Shown: positions 19,416 through 30,066, numbered from the stretch's first letter. The stretch is 64,000 nucleotides of DNA from Aureliella sp. (GCA_963691875.1 OY829846.1:1152001-1216000), one strand, 5' to 3'. Notes: generated by a model not told the origin, from the letters alone. Numbers and translations are program-made.

Positions 19416-21851
19416 ATGTTACGCCCTCTGCCTTTTTTGTGCATAGCAATATTGCTTTGCGGCTCAAGTAAAACATCTGCGCAGGATGATTCTTACGCTT
19501 ACAAGGTGGCTCCCGAGAACTGCCTAATGTTCTCCAGCTGGAGTGGTTTCCAGCCAGCCGCAGCCGGCACAACCAATCATGCCGAACTGATGATGAATGA
19601 ACCTGAAGTCATCGAGTTCCGGCAAGCGATCACTGAGCAACTAACTGCGTTGACTGGAATGGCCACGCGCGACGAGGCTGCGATGAAGCAGCAAGCGGTA
19701 AAGGTGATGGTGCCGCAGGTACTGACAATGCTGCTCGGCCGCCCGGGGTGCTTACTAATTGAATCGGTCGATGTCGACATGGAGGCTCAAGCCATCAAAG
19801 TCGAGGCGGGACTCGCGTTCGATTTTGGCGATCAAGCAGACGACTTCCTTAACGCTGCGATCGCGATGGCCACGAGTGAAGGAATGCCGCTTAAGGAGGG
19901 CAAGCTGGATGGTGAGACGGCTTATGCGCTGTCGATTCCCGATACGCCGTTCAAGTCCATCGTCTTCCTGTCTGCGGTGGACGGGAAAGTATTGGTCGGG
20001 GTGGGACGCAACAGCACCCTTAAACTGATTGCCGCGGCGAAGGGTGGCGGCAATACGAACAAACCAGCTTGGCTGGTAGGTCTTGAAAAGCAGTTGCCCG
20101 TGCCACGAAGAACTTCTGTTGGTTACATCAACCTTCAAGCCATCTTCGAGCAAGTTGTGGAAGCAGCAGGTCCACAAGGACAAATGGTACAAGGTATGGC
20201 TCAGACGCTTGGGCTTCACAATCTCACTAAAGTGACGACGAGCGCAGGTTATGACGAAACGGGGCTCGTGGATCAAGCTCGACTAAGTTGGTCTGGCCCG
20301 GCGACTGGCCTACTTGAGATGGTAGGCACCGAGCCATTGAATCTGAAGTCGCTGGAGAACGCTCCTGCCGACTCTCTCTTCTTGACAAGCATTTCGATCA
20401 ACCTGAATGACGTCATGACGAAATCCATGGCGTTGCTGGAAGCCATGGCGCCAAACGAGGCAGATGACCTCAAGTTCGCCTTGCAGGACATTGAAGACGA
20501 AATCAGACTGAATCCACAAGAAGATGTTTTGGCCCACTTGGGCTCCACATGGACATTGTTCAATGGAGCTGGCGATGGACTTGGAGTAGGCACACTTCTC
20601 ACCGTCGACTTGAAAAACGAAGCGGCATTAAAAAAAACGGTTGACGGCGTGCTCTCGATGTTCGAACAAATCGGAGGCCGCGGTGCACCTCAGATCATCC
20701 AACGGGATGTTGCTGAGACCACAGTTTACACTTTCACGATTCCAGAGATGCCAATGCCTTTCCAACCAAGTTGGGCAATGCATAAGAAACATCTTTGGGT
20801 CAGTCTCTATCCGCAAGTTCTGAGGCCGTACGTGGATCCTCAGCCTGGCGACGAGAAGCTGGATCTAGCCGACCTCGCAGTCGAAGAAGGCATTGTTGGC
20901 TACGCTTACCAGGATATGAAGAGGCAGTATGAGTTCCTCTATGTCTATGGCGCCGTCGGAGCAAGCTTCGCAGGAATGCTGGCTGAAGAAGCCGGGATGG
21001 GATTGGATGGCGAGGTAATCGGTCGTCTGCTGTCTTCCGTTACGCTACCTTCCTGCCGTTGTGTCTATCGTCACATCATGCCTTCACAGAATGTTCTGAG
21101 AAGTGATGAAAACGGCTGGCAACTAACCAACCTGCAAACCGTTCCTTCGGTCAATGTGACGGTCGCTGCACCGGTCATGGTTGGTCTTCTTCTACCGGCG
21201 GTGCAGGCTTCAAGAGCCGCCGCCCGCAGGGTGCAGTCCACGAATAACCTGAAGCAGATTGGTTTGGCGCTGCACAACTACGAGTCCGTCTATCGACGCT
21301 TCCCGGAAGCATACTCGAAGGACGAGGACGGGAAGCCACTCTTAAGCTGGCGTGTCCACATTCTACCTTTCATTGAGCAAGCGAACCTTTACGAGCAATT
21401 CCATCTCGATGAGCCATGGGACAGCGAGCACAATATCAAGCTTCTGGATCAAATGCCTCTCGTTTATCGTTCGCCTCAAAGCGCTGCGGAGCCTGGTATG
21501 ACCGTGTACCTTGGCAATGGAGGCGAAAAAGGAGTATTGAATAGCAACCCTGACAGTAAGGGGAAGATCATGGAGGGAACTCGTTTTGGCGACATTATCG
21601 ACGGAACCTCAAACACCATCCTGGCAATCGAGGCATCGGATGAAGCTGCTGTGCCATGGACGAAGCCAACGGAGTACGAGTTCGATGAAGACAATATGTG
21701 GGACCTGTTTGGGTTGCACGTAGGCGGCACCAACGCCCTTACCTCTGACGGTGCAGTTCATTTCCTCGCTGAGAACATCGATATAGACTTGTTCAAAGCC
21801 TTGTTCACACGCAATGGCGGCGAAGTTGTCAACCTATATGACAATTTTTGA
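19416..21851 (+). CDS. Secreted protein with a large N-terminal domain fused to a C-terminal DUF1559 / H-X9-DG domain
   Basis: Signal peptide, GLLLPAVQASRAAARRVQSTNNLKQIGLALHNY, SWRVHILPFIEQ, IIDGTSNTI, H-VGGTNALTS-DG. Confidence 0.88.
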   Translation: MLRPLPFLCIAILLCGSSKTSAQDDSYAYKVAPENCLMFSSWSGFQPAAAGTTNHAELMMNEPEVIEFRQAITEQLTALTGMATRDEAAMKQQAVKVMVPQVLTMLLGRPGCLLIESVDVDMEAQAIKVEAGLAFDFGDQADDFLNAAIAMATSEGMPLKEGKLDGETAYALSIPDTPFKSIVFLSAVDGKVLVGVGRNSTLKLIAAAKGGGNTNKPAWLVGLEKQLPVPRRTSVGYINLQAIFEQVVEAAGPQGQMVQGMAQTLGLHNLTKVTTSAGYDETGLVDQARLSWSGPATGLLEMVGTEPLNLKSLENAPADSLFLTSISINLNDVMTKSMALLEAMAPNEADDLKFALQDIEDEIRLNPQEDVLAHLGSTWTLFNGAGDGLGVGTLLTVDLKNEAALKKTVDGVLSMFEQIGGRGAPQIIQRDVAETTVYTFTIPEMPMPFQPSWAMHKKHLWVSLYPQVLRPYVDPQPGDEKLDLADLAVEEGIVGYAYQDMKRQYEFLYVYGAVGASFAGMLAEEAGMGLDGEVIGRLLSSVTLPSCRCVYRHIMPSQNVLRSDENGWQLTNLQTVPSVNVTVAAPVMVGLLLPAVQASRAAARRVQSTNNLKQIGLALHNYESVYRRFPEAYSKDEDGKPLLSWRVHILPFIEQANLYEQFHLDEPWDSEHNIKLLDQMPLVYRSPQSAAEPGMTVYLGNGGEKGVLNSNPDSKGKIMEGTRFGDIIDGTSNTILAIEASDEAAVPWTKPTEYEFDEDNMWDLFGLHVGGTNALTSDGAVHFLAENIDIDLFKALFTRNGGEVVNLYDNF

Positions 21852-21875
21852 ATTGTCTTGAACAAAGTTCTTAGG

Positions 21876-21910
21876 GGCCAGGGTTTGCACTGTAAACTCT
21901 GGCCTTTCTT
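21876..21910 (+). terminator. Putative intrinsic terminator
   Basis: GGCCAGGGTTTGC / GTAAACTCTGGCC stem followed by TTTCTT, 25 bp after the DUF1559 stop. Confidence 0.6.
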
Positions 21911-22069
21911 ACTGTTCTTTCCGATTGGTATTGGACGAGGTTACAAGTTCGTTGGAAACGCCCCTAGTGCCGCGGATTGAAAGTTCTATCCCGCGGAACG
22001 TTCCGCTGAGCCACCGGGGCGTGAAGAAGGAGTGAAACGCAGAGCCGCGAGAGACGAGGATTTGGAAAT

Positions 22070-23323
22070 ATGTGCCTCAGGAAGAGCATGAGTGGGCGAA
22101 AGAGCTATCGAATCGCAAATTCGAAGAATGGAAAAAACGCCAAGCCGCAGAGAAAGCGAAACAGCAATCTCACGCGTCGGTTCGTGGCAACAGCGATTCT
22201 CGTTGTGCTTGGACTGCGATCTGGCCAAGCGCAGGAGGACGCGGCAGGCGACATCTGGCCAAAGCTCGCTGCTTACTTTCAGTTACCAGAGGAATTTGCT
22301 GGCGAGGAATCTAGTTACAGTTCTCCACTTATTCTCGCGGGTGGTGGCCTTGTTGCAAATGCTCAGCAGTGGCAGACGCGGCGCAAGGAGCTATTTGCAG
22401 ATTGGACAGAACTTCTCGGGCAGTGGCCGCCGCTGATCAAGAATCCCGAGGTCGAAGTATTGTCTTTGACGAAACGAGAAAACTTCACTCAGCACCAAAT
22501 ACGATTTCGCTGGACTCCCTCGGAGTTGACGACTGGCTATCTTCTCGTGCCAGATTCTGCAAGCGCCTCAACACCACGTCCGGCCGTCTTAACAGTGTTC
22601 TACGAACCCGAGACTGCAATTGGGCTCGGTAAGCCGGACCGTGATTTTGCATTGCAGTTAGCCCGACGGGGTTTCGTTACTCTTTCCATCGGAACTACCG
22701 AAGCTACAAAGGCTCGAACCTACTCGCTCTATCATCCGAGCATCGAAGCCGCGCAGGTGCAACCACTGTCTATGCTCGGCTATGCAGCAGCCAATGCTTG
22801 GCAAGTTTTGGCCCAGCGGCCCGAAGTTGATCCTAAGCGTATTGGAATCGTTGGGCATTCTTTCGGCGGAAAGTGGGCTATGTTCGCCTCTTGTCTGTTC
22901 GACAAGTTCGCTTGTGCGGCATGGTCCGATCCAGGGATTGTTTTTGACGAGTCGCGACCGAGTGTGAACTACTGGGAACCTTGGTACCTTGGCTATCACC
23001 CCAAGCCTTGGCGTAAACGCGGTGTGATCACAGAAGATAATCCTGCGCGCGGACTTTATCCTAAGTTGCGTGTTGAAGGCCGGGAACTTCATGAGCTTCA
23101 TGCACTCATGGCTCCTCGGCCCTTTCTCGTTTCAGGTGGCTCAGAAGATCCACCTGAGCGTTGGCAGGCCTTACGGCGTACGATCGAAGTCAATAAGATT
23201 CTTGGCTTCGAAGACCGAGTTGGCATGAGCAATCGACCTGAACATTCTCCGAATCCAGAATCTAATGCGATCATCTATGATTTCTTCGAGCACTTTTTGC
23301 AGCTACGGAACGATGCACAGTGA
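22070..23323 (+). CDS. Secreted alpha/beta hydrolase (dienelactone hydrolase/acetylxylan esterase-like)
   Basis: EVDPKRIGIVGHSFGGK nucleophile elbow (GxSxG), ALMAPRPFL, C-terminal His (RPEHSP). Start uncertain. Confidence 0.8.
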   Translation: MCLRKSMSGRKSYRIANSKNGKNAKPQRKRNSNLTRRFVATAILVVLGLRSGQAQEDAAGDIWPKLAAYFQLPEEFAGEESSYSSPLILAGGGLVANAQQWQTRRKELFADWTELLGQWPPLIKNPEVEVLSLTKRENFTQHQIRFRWTPSELTTGYLLVPDSASASTPRPAVLTVFYEPETAIGLGKPDRDFALQLARRGFVTLSIGTTEATKARTYSLYHPSIEAAQVQPLSMLGYAAANAWQVLAQRPEVDPKRIGIVGHSFGGKWAMFASCLFDKFACAAWSDPGIVFDESRPSVNYWEPWYLGYHPKPWRKRGVITEDNPARGLYPKLRVEGRELHELHALMAPRPFLVSGGSEDPPERWQALRRTIEVNKILGFEDRVGMSNRPEHSPNPESNAIIYDFFEHFLQLRNDAQ

Positions 23324-24032
23324 TTCAGAGTTTGATTCCCAGCCTCTCGGGCACTGGGATGAGCAAGAGACGGAGAGCCTCGTAGCTTTCTATACACAGA
23401 ACCACCGCCAGGACGCGTTCCTAGAGTTCTTGGTTGCTGCGTCTTCAGTAGCAAGTACTCAATCGGCAGCAACATGGCTGCTAAAACACTCGTTGGAGCA
23501 AGGACACGAAATCGGAGTCGAGCTGCGAAAGAATCTTTTTAAGAACCTTAGAAAGCTGAGCACTTGGCCTGCTAAGTTGCACCTCCTCCAGTGCTTGCAA
23601 TGGCTCGACATTCCAGCCAGAAACAAAAAGCAAATCGAGCATTTCGGGCGTTCATGCCTGCAGGATGAGAACAAGTATGTGTGCACCTGGGCTTTGACCG
23701 CTCTTCATCGTTTGGCGCACTGTCACGAGGAGTATTCTGCGGAGGTGACAGAGTTGCTCGTCGATGCTCGCGATAATGGTGCGAGCGCATCAATACGCGC
23801 ACGAGCTCGTCAGCTGCTAAAGCAGCAGATGACGAAACTCAAATTACGTATCGGAGGACGCTGGCCGCCTTACTTTGAACAGCGCTGCTCGGTTCCGAGG
23901 CCCTTGCCAAAGAGGCTGAAGGCGGCAGGGTGCCACCGACGCGGCATCTATACCAGGCTGCCACCGAAACTGAGAACCGCTGATACGGTTACTATTCGAC
24001 GTTGTCGCGGAGGACTTGGAGCAGTTCGGTAA
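23313..24032 (+). CDS. Hypothetical all-helical (HEAT-like) protein; the last ~60 codons look like run-on sequence
   Basis: ATG overlaps the upstream stop. AATWLLK, LHLLQCL and SASIRARAR are protein-like. The tail overlaps the ECF gene end. Confidence 0.55.
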   Translation: MHSDSEFDSQPLGHWDEQETESLVAFYTQNHRQDAFLEFLVAASSVASTQSAATWLLKHSLEQGHEIGVELRKNLFKNLRKLSTWPAKLHLLQCLQWLDIPARNKKQIEHFGRSCLQDENKYVCTWALTALHRLAHCHEEYSAEVTELLVDARDNGASASIRARARQLLKQQMTKLKLRIGGRWPPYFEQRCSVPRPLPKRLKAAGCHRRGIYTRLPPKLRTADTVTIRRCRGGLGAVR

Positions 24033-24813
24033 GTTCGAGATCGACTTCCTGTGGATCTTCTACCGTCTCGGAAACAACTTCGCGAAGCGAGTTGCCGAAC
24101 TTCTGACGCAAGCGATGAAGAGCCACTTTGACGGTGCCGGATGACATGTCCAGCTTCTCGCTCAGTTCTTCATACTGAGCCGCATCCATGTTTCGCGTCA
24201 ATCGCGGCACCAAAGCCTCAAAGAGCGCAGAACGATTCTTGGCGTAGTACTCCATGCGCAAGCGGTGTTTGGCTTCGGCAAGCAGGCTTGATGCCCAACT
24301 TCGCATAAAAACGCGATCCGCATCTGGCTCGCGAGATTCCAGGGCAAGCCATGTTTGCTCTCCATTGCCGACATCGAGAGAGAGCTGCCTGAGGTTGCCA
24401 CCACGTTTGGCCGCGTTCTCTTTCCGATATTGATCGACCAAAAAACGCTTCCAGGCCGTCAGTAGAAAACTCCGAAATTTTCCTTTGGCAGGATCGGCAC
24501 TATCCAACAACTCGCCATTGATGATCGCACTCAAGAACTCTTGCGTCGCATCTTCAGCATCCTGGCTGGACATGCCTTGCTTACGTGCGAAGGTGTAGAG
24601 AGGCTGCCAGTAGCAGCGGACGACCTCCGTAAGCGCGGGGCGACCATGCTTGGAGTCTTCTTTGGCTGCCTGCCAAACAAGCGTCCAATGCGTCGTCGCA
24701 AATTGCGAATTGCCCGGGTTCAACGCTGTTGTACCTTCTAGTTCGTGTACCGCCCTCGAATCAAGCGCGGTGGAACTGCGATTTTGCCATTGCGTGGGAT
24801 TGCCTTCATCCAT
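23992..24813 (-). CDS. ECF-type RNA polymerase sigma-70 factor (PVC type)
   Basis: FATTHWTLV, YWQPLY, DAEDATQEF, KGKFRSFLL, region-4 LDMSSGTVKVALHRLR. Confidence 0.9.
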   Translation of the reverse strand: MDEGNPTQWQNRSSTALDSRAVHELEGTTALNPGNSQFATTHWTLVWQAAKEDSKHGRPALTEVVRCYWQPLYTFARKQGMSSQDAEDATQEFLSAIINGELLDSADPAKGKFRSFLLTAWKRFLVDQYRKENAAKRGGNLRQLSLDVGNGEQTWLALESREPDADRVFMRSWASSLLAEAKHRLRMEYYAKNRSALFEALVPRLTRNMDAAQYEELSEKLDMSSGTVKVALHRLRQKFGNSLREVVSETVEDPQEVDLELTELLQVLRDNVE

Positions 24814-24837
24814 TCGTCGATTGTGGCGTCCCCTTTG

Positions 24838-26322
24838 CTACTTACCAACTGAATTTAGCCGATTTCTCAATGCCAAGCGTCGCTCTGCCAAAATCCGCGA
24901 GTGACCGTCGCTCTCGACCAAGTTGTGAATTTCTCCAGGATCTTTCTGGACGTCGTAAAGTTCTTCGGAACCATCCTTGTAAATCATGTAGTGCCAGGAA
25001 GCATTACGAAGTGAATGCCCCTTATTGATCGATAGGGCAGCGTCCCGAACTTTAGCACTCGGGTCTTGCAGGATCGGCCGCAGGCTCTTGCCTTGAGCCG
25101 TTTTAGGAACGGGAAGGCCAACGAGATCGGAGAGGGTCGGGAAGAGATCCAGCAACTCGACGAATGACTCGCTCCTACCCGGCTTCATTCCAGGAACAGA
25201 AATGATCATCGGCACACGAATGGCTTCTTCGTGCAGATTCGACTTTTGCCAGAATCCATGCTCTCCCAAGTGGTAGCCGTGATCGCTGATAAACACAATC
25301 GCTGTGCTTTCTCGCAGGCCAAGTTCGTCAAGCTTGCTCACGATACGGCCGACTTGCTGATCCATGAAAGAAACGGAAGCGTAGTAGCCACTCCACATTC
25401 GTTTCTGATTGTCTGGATATTGACCGATCGGATTGGCGGAGTTCCGAGTGCCGGCCAGTCCTGCATTGGGAATGTCCTCGTAGTCGTCCTCAGGGAAATA
25501 CGGCAGCTTGATATTCTGCCATGGATATTGGGAAAAGTAGTTCCGCGGTGCGACCATCGGGTAGTGTGGGCGAACCAATCCGAGCGCAAGAAAGAATGGC
25601 TTTGCGTGGCTTGCCTCAAGCAACTCCATGGCTTTGCTGGTTGCCTTGTAGTCTGCCTGCTCTTCGCCAAGCCCGTCTGTCTCGACCGTCACAAACATCC
25701 GATGCTTCGTCTGAGTTGACTCACGATTCTCCATTGCGTCGGTGAAAACATTCAGATTTAAGCACGCATAGTCTCCCGGCGTATGAGCTTCAGGTCCCGG
25801 TGCGTTAAAACGCTCTGACCACGAGGAAGCCTCATCCTCTCCGTTTGTGCCCGCAATGATATCTCCTGGTACTCGCATGTGATAAATCTTGCCGACGCGA
25901 GCGCTGTACCAACCGTTTTCGCGAAAGTGCTGGCCGAGGTTCACGGGCGCCTTGCCCATGTAGCGACTAAACATAAAGGAACGTCGAGAAGGACCGCAAA
26001 CCACGCCTTGGCAATAAGCGCGTTCGAACACCATGCTTCTTTCAGCCAATGCATCGATGTTCGGCGTCTTGCAGTTCGGATCACCGTAACAGCCGAGCAC
26101 GCTCGCCTTGAGGTCATCTGAAACGATGAACAGCACGTTCTTGATTGGATTCCCGCCACTCGCCTCACTGGTAGCGGAGGTCGTCAAGACTTTCGGCCCC
26201 GTTCCGCTTCCTCCAAGACTCGCCGCAACTAAAGCACTGAAAAAAAGGAACGAACCAATCAGGGCCCTGAATCCTAAATGAAAAACGTGTTGACTCGATC
26301 TCATTTCATGATGCCAATTCAT
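24838..26322 (-). CDS. S1 sulfatase, iduronate-2-sulfatase/choline-sulfatase-like
   Basis: NVLFIVSDDL, CGPSR, GKIYH, RPHYP, SDHGYHLGEHGFWQK. The ATG overlaps the upstream stop (ATGA). Confidence 0.9.
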   Translation of the reverse strand: MNWHHEMRSSQHVFHLGFRALIGSFLFFSALVAASLGGSGTGPKVLTTSATSEASGGNPIKNVLFIVSDDLKASVLGCYGDPNCKTPNIDALAERSMVFERAYCQGVVCGPSRRSFMFSRYMGKAPVNLGQHFRENGWYSARVGKIYHMRVPGDIIAGTNGEDEASSWSERFNAPGPEAHTPGDYACLNLNVFTDAMENRESTQTKHRMFVTVETDGLGEEQADYKATSKAMELLEASHAKPFFLALGLVRPHYPMVAPRNYFSQYPWQNIKLPYFPEDDYEDIPNAGLAGTRNSANPIGQYPDNQKRMWSGYYASVSFMDQQVGRIVSKLDELGLRESTAIVFISDHGYHLGEHGFWQKSNLHEEAIRVPMIISVPGMKPGRSESFVELLDLFPTLSDLVGLPVPKTAQGKSLRPILQDPSAKVRDAALSINKGHSLRNASWHYMIYKDGSEELYDVQKDPGEIHNLVESDGHSRILAERRLALRNRLNSVGK

Positions 26323-27194
26323 GCACTTCTTTCTACTTCGGGCCACTTGTCACTTACTATGAAAACAGGTGTTTCAACAGGTGATAGGTCTTCTGCAGCA
26401 TTTTTTACCATGATACTAGAAAGAAGGCTGCTCGTTAAACCAAGGAAGTGCTTTTCAATCCGAGCCAAGAACTCCTCTCTTGCCAACCACTCAGGGTTGA
26501 GTTCTCGCGACAACCAAAACGGCTTCCGCTGCACTCGAAAAACGGCCGCAGGGTACGACGACAGAAAATCCCGCAATTCATTCGAGCGGCACCAAAGGCC
26601 TTCCAAGTGGTTGGAATTAAGTTGTTGGCAGTCCATTTGCAGGGAAGCGTGAAAGTGGCGATGAATGCGACCAAGCATCATCAGCTTCCGATCATCTACC
26701 TTTTGATCAAGTCGTTCGCTCAGCGTGAGTTGATGCCGTTGCAAGTGTTCGAGCTTGCGATGCAAGCTGTCTGCCGGATTCGGACCGATTAGAGCTCGCT
26801 CACCGGCCAGACCCGCTAAGCCTCCCAAGTGCAGAAAGAACTTTACAGCAACTTCCAGGTGTAAGGTTCTGCCAAGGCGGTCCTCAAGTAGAAAGTCGAT
26901 TTCGCCAATCGTGCGCGGGCCATCAAAGATCTGATGGTGCGCAAGCAAAATGTTGAAACCTGCAAGCTCACGTAAGGCATAGTGGACAAGGGCTTCGAAG
27001 TAATCCCCCACTCGATGGCTTCGGCACTGCTCATTCATGAAGGAAGCTAGATCGCTCGAATCCAATGTCTGGAAACGGGTGCGCGTCTCAGGTAAAAACT
27101 CAAAAGTTGGCAGAGCCGTTGAATTTAACAAACTCGGACTGCTGATAACCCACTCGAGGTCACTGGTCAGTTGCTCTGGGTTCCATGTGCTCAA
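26319..27194 (-). CDS. DUF1853 family protein (PD-(D/E)xK-like)
   Basis: DLEWVISSPSLL, RVGDYFEAL, TIGEIDFLL, HLEVAVKFFL, IGPNPADSLHRK. Start set at the TTG just after aspC. Confidence 0.8.
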   Translation of the reverse strand: MSTWNPEQLTSDLEWVISSPSLLNSTALPTFEFLPETRTRFQTLDSSDLASFMNEQCRSHRVGDYFEALVHYALRELAGFNILLAHHQIFDGPRTIGEIDFLLEDRLGRTLHLEVAVKFFLHLGGLAGLAGERALIGPNPADSLHRKLEHLQRHQLTLSERLDQKVDDRKLMMLGRIHRHFHASLQMDCQQLNSNHLEGLWCRSNELRDFLSSYPAAVFRVQRKPFWLSRELNPEWLAREEFLARIEKHFLGLTSSLLSSIMVKNAAEDLSPVETPVFIVSDKWPEVERSA

Positions 27195-27216
27195 CGCGAA
27201 TTGCCCGGACTCGATT

Positions 27217-28407
27217 CTATATCTTGGTCGCCTCGAGCACCGCATCCGCAAAGTAGTCAAGGTTTCTTGCGGAGATCCCAGCGACATTGATGCGTCCGCT
27301 TCCAACGATGTAGACTCCTCGCTCATTTTTGAGCCAATCGACTTGCATCGGAGTAAGTCCGCTGAAGGAAAACATGCCGTTTTGCTGCAGAAGGAATGAG
27401 AAGTCAACATCACAGTCCCGCTGCTTCATCGCGTCGACGAAATCAGAACGCGTCGAGTGAATGCGGGCTCGCATCTGAGACAACTCGTCTTCCCATTCAG
27501 CACGCAACTCTGCTGAGTCTAGGATCGCTGCGACGATGGCTGCACCATGCTTGGGGGGATTGGAGTAATTGCAGCGCACGGCTCGCTTGAGGTTACTCTG
27601 CAGATTTACCTTGGCGCTGGCTTCGGGAGCCACAGCGATGAGAGCACCGATGCGCTCGCCGTAGAGCCCAAAGTTCTTGGAGTAAGAACTGCAAATCATG
27701 AACTCTTCGTGCTGAACCGAGATAGCTTTCAGTGCCGCGCGATCCTCATCTAGCCCACATCCAAAACCTTGGTACGCAAAATCGATCAACGGCAGCATGC
27801 CGCGTTGTGCGCTAAGTTCCGCCAGATCTTCCCATTGGCTTTCCGTCAGATCGACACCTGTTGGGTTGTGGCAGCAGCCATGAAGCAGAAGCACGTCGCC
27901 TACTTTGCCACCTGTTTCAATCGCATCCATCATGGCTTGGAAATCCAGCGACTTGCCGTCAGCGGCGAGGTACGGATAGCTCTCGACTGCGATACCGGCT
28001 GATGCAAACACGGCGGGATGATTCGGCCAAGTCGGAGTGCTTAGCCAGACTCGCGATCCGCCGAAGGCAGCACCAAGAAAGTCAGCTGCTACGCGTAGAG
28101 CGCCAGTTCCGCCAGGAGTCTGAAATACGGCTACACGATCTTCCGAGACCAAATCGCCAAGCGTCAATTCTCTGGCTCTTTGGTGAAACGCTGGCAAGCC
28201 ATCGATTCCGAGGTAACCCTTCGAATTTTCCGTCTCGCAAAGCTGCTTTTCCGCTTTCTGAACGGCAGCAAGTATGGGTGTCACGCCTTGGTCATCTTGG
28301 TAAACGCCGATCGTGAGATTCATTTTCTCCGCGCGATCATCCTTCTTGAAAGCTTCGGACAGGCCAAGAATTGGGTCGGGCGGGACGGATGCGACGTTTT
28401 CAAACAT
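27217..28407 (-). CDS. aspC: Aspartate/aromatic amino acid aminotransferase (class I)
   Basis: PPDPILGL, QTPGGTGALR, HGCCHNPTGVD, DFAYQGF, SYSKNFGLYGER (PLP Lys), GRINVAG. Confidence 0.93.
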   Translation of the reverse strand: MFENVASVPPDPILGLSEAFKKDDRAEKMNLTIGVYQDDQGVTPILAAVQKAEKQLCETENSKGYLGIDGLPAFHQRARELTLGDLVSEDRVAVFQTPGGTGALRVAADFLGAAFGGSRVWLSTPTWPNHPAVFASAGIAVESYPYLAADGKSLDFQAMMDAIETGGKVGDVLLLHGCCHNPTGVDLTESQWEDLAELSAQRGMLPLIDFAYQGFGCGLDEDRAALKAISVQHEEFMICSSYSKNFGLYGERIGALIAVAPEASAKVNLQSNLKRAVRCNYSNPPKHGAAIVAAILDSAELRAEWEDELSQMRARIHSTRSDFVDAMKQRDCDVDFSFLLQQNGMFSFSGLTPMQVDWLKNERGVYIVGSGRINVAGISARNLDYFADAVLEATKI

Positions 28408-28612
28408 GAAGGTTCTCAAATGGATCGGGGCGTAGACAGAGGTTGGGAGCCCATTGACTGGCAAACCGGACACTTGCTAGTCGGGCCCGGTTCGCTACTC
28501 CGTACAAGCTTCCTGTTTGAAGCCCATTTGGTCTAGCCCATCCAGCTGCTGCGCTAAAGAATTCCGTGCGTTGCCTGGTTGGTATTCAGTTGGCTGAAGC
28601 TTGAGAGATGAC

Positions 28613-29914
28613 CTACATCAACTTACTGCCAACTGCCCACAGCTTGCTGCCCAACGCCCAAAGAAAGAAGAGCAGAGCAATGACAAGCAAGCCATTCACA
28701 ACGACACCACTCCTCGCTTTCTCACCAATCCACTCCGTCCGATTATTTAGCACCAAGAGTGCGCTTGCGACTATCGGAATGAAGAGAGCTCCTACAACGC
28801 CATTGACTAGCATCGCCGTCGTGAAGTCTACCCAAATCAGTCCTGATATGGGCGCAATGGCGAGCACTGCCAAATGCCAACTGTAAACATTCGAGTCGGA
28901 GAGCTTTTCGTTAGAGCTCTTTTTATCTTCGGCAGCTCGCTGTTCCGACAGAAGAAGACGCCAAAAGTCAGTAAACAGATATGGCACACTTTGCCAAACG
29001 CCGAGCAGCGAACTAAAGAAAGCTCCCCAAGCTCCGACAAAGAACGCCCACTTGGCGATCGCCCCCAGAGCACCGAGCTTCGCTTCTAATGTCTCGGCCA
29101 CGTCAATCACCAGCGTCGCTCCTTTGCCTTCCAAGTTGAGTTGACTACCGATCACGACCATGGCCAAACCAAAGATCGCCGTCATCCCATAGCCGATGGC
29201 CAAATCAATGCGACATGTCCTCAGGTCGCTCCACTGAGTACGAGACTCCTCGCGAATCCAATATCCGTAGCAAAGAATAGTTACGGTACCACCGATTCCG
29301 CCCAGCAAGGCAACGGTCCAGTTCAAGCCTTCGCCGCCAACCTCCGGAATCGTTGGTATTACCAAGCCAGCCAAGAACTCACCAAGGGGTGGTGCCAAAG
29401 CGATCGCCGTTCCGCAGACGACCAAGAACATCATGCCAATGCAGACACTCATCACTTTTTCAAAAACACTATAGCCGCCGAACATGACCAGGACGGCAGC
29501 AATCAGACTTTGCGCGATGCCATAGAAGATTTTGCTCTTCGAGGGATCTTCGAAAATCGGATAGATCGCGTATGCCGCCACACCACAGGCACTCATCAGC
29601 GCCATCGCGACCAAGTAGCTCCAAATGATCAAATAGATCATGAACAGCCATTGCGCCCACTTCGGCAAATGCCGTACGGCTCCTTGCAAAATGGTCGTGC
29701 CAGTTGCCAGTTGCCAACGAGTAAGCCCCTCGTTGAGAGCGTACTTCAATACGGCACCGACGATGACAGCCCAAAGAATGGCCATACCAAGCTTTGCACC
29801 GGTAAAAGTGGCTGTAGCTAGATCGCCAGCACCGACACCTGTTGCCGCAACTAAGATCCCGGGGCCAATAATCGAAAGCCCCGAAAGAAACGAGGACCTG
29901 GGCTTGTCACTCAT
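28613..29914 (-). CDS. NRAMP-superfamily (YcsG-like) membrane transporter
   Basis: GPGILVAATGVGAGDL, EGLTRWQLATG, and about 11 TM helices. Confidence 0.8.
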   Translation of the reverse strand: MSDKPRSSFLSGLSIIGPGILVAATGVGAGDLATATFTGAKLGMAILWAVIVGAVLKYALNEGLTRWQLATGTTILQGAVRHLPKWAQWLFMIYLIIWSYLVAMALMSACGVAAYAIYPIFEDPSKSKIFYGIAQSLIAAVLVMFGGYSVFEKVMSVCIGMMFLVVCGTAIALAPPLGEFLAGLVIPTIPEVGGEGLNWTVALLGGIGGTVTILCYGYWIREESRTQWSDLRTCRIDLAIGYGMTAIFGLAMVVIGSQLNLEGKGATLVIDVAETLEAKLGALGAIAKWAFFVGAWGAFFSSLLGVWQSVPYLFTDFWRLLLSEQRAAEDKKSSNEKLSDSNVYSWHLAVLAIAPISGLIWVDFTTAMLVNGVVGALFIPIVASALLVLNNRTEWIGEKARSGVVVNGLLVIALLFFLWALGSKLWAVGSKLM

Positions 29915-30066
29915 CTTGCTGTTCTTCCCAAGCCAACGAACAAAAGTTTTCGGCAATGTTGATAGCCGATTCCGAGCCTCGGCGACACACGAGGCTCAGT
30001 TTATATCGTTTGCTAGGCGCAAAATAGCAGCCTTTGCCAAAGTTCCTGCCGCAGAATGGCAGATCG

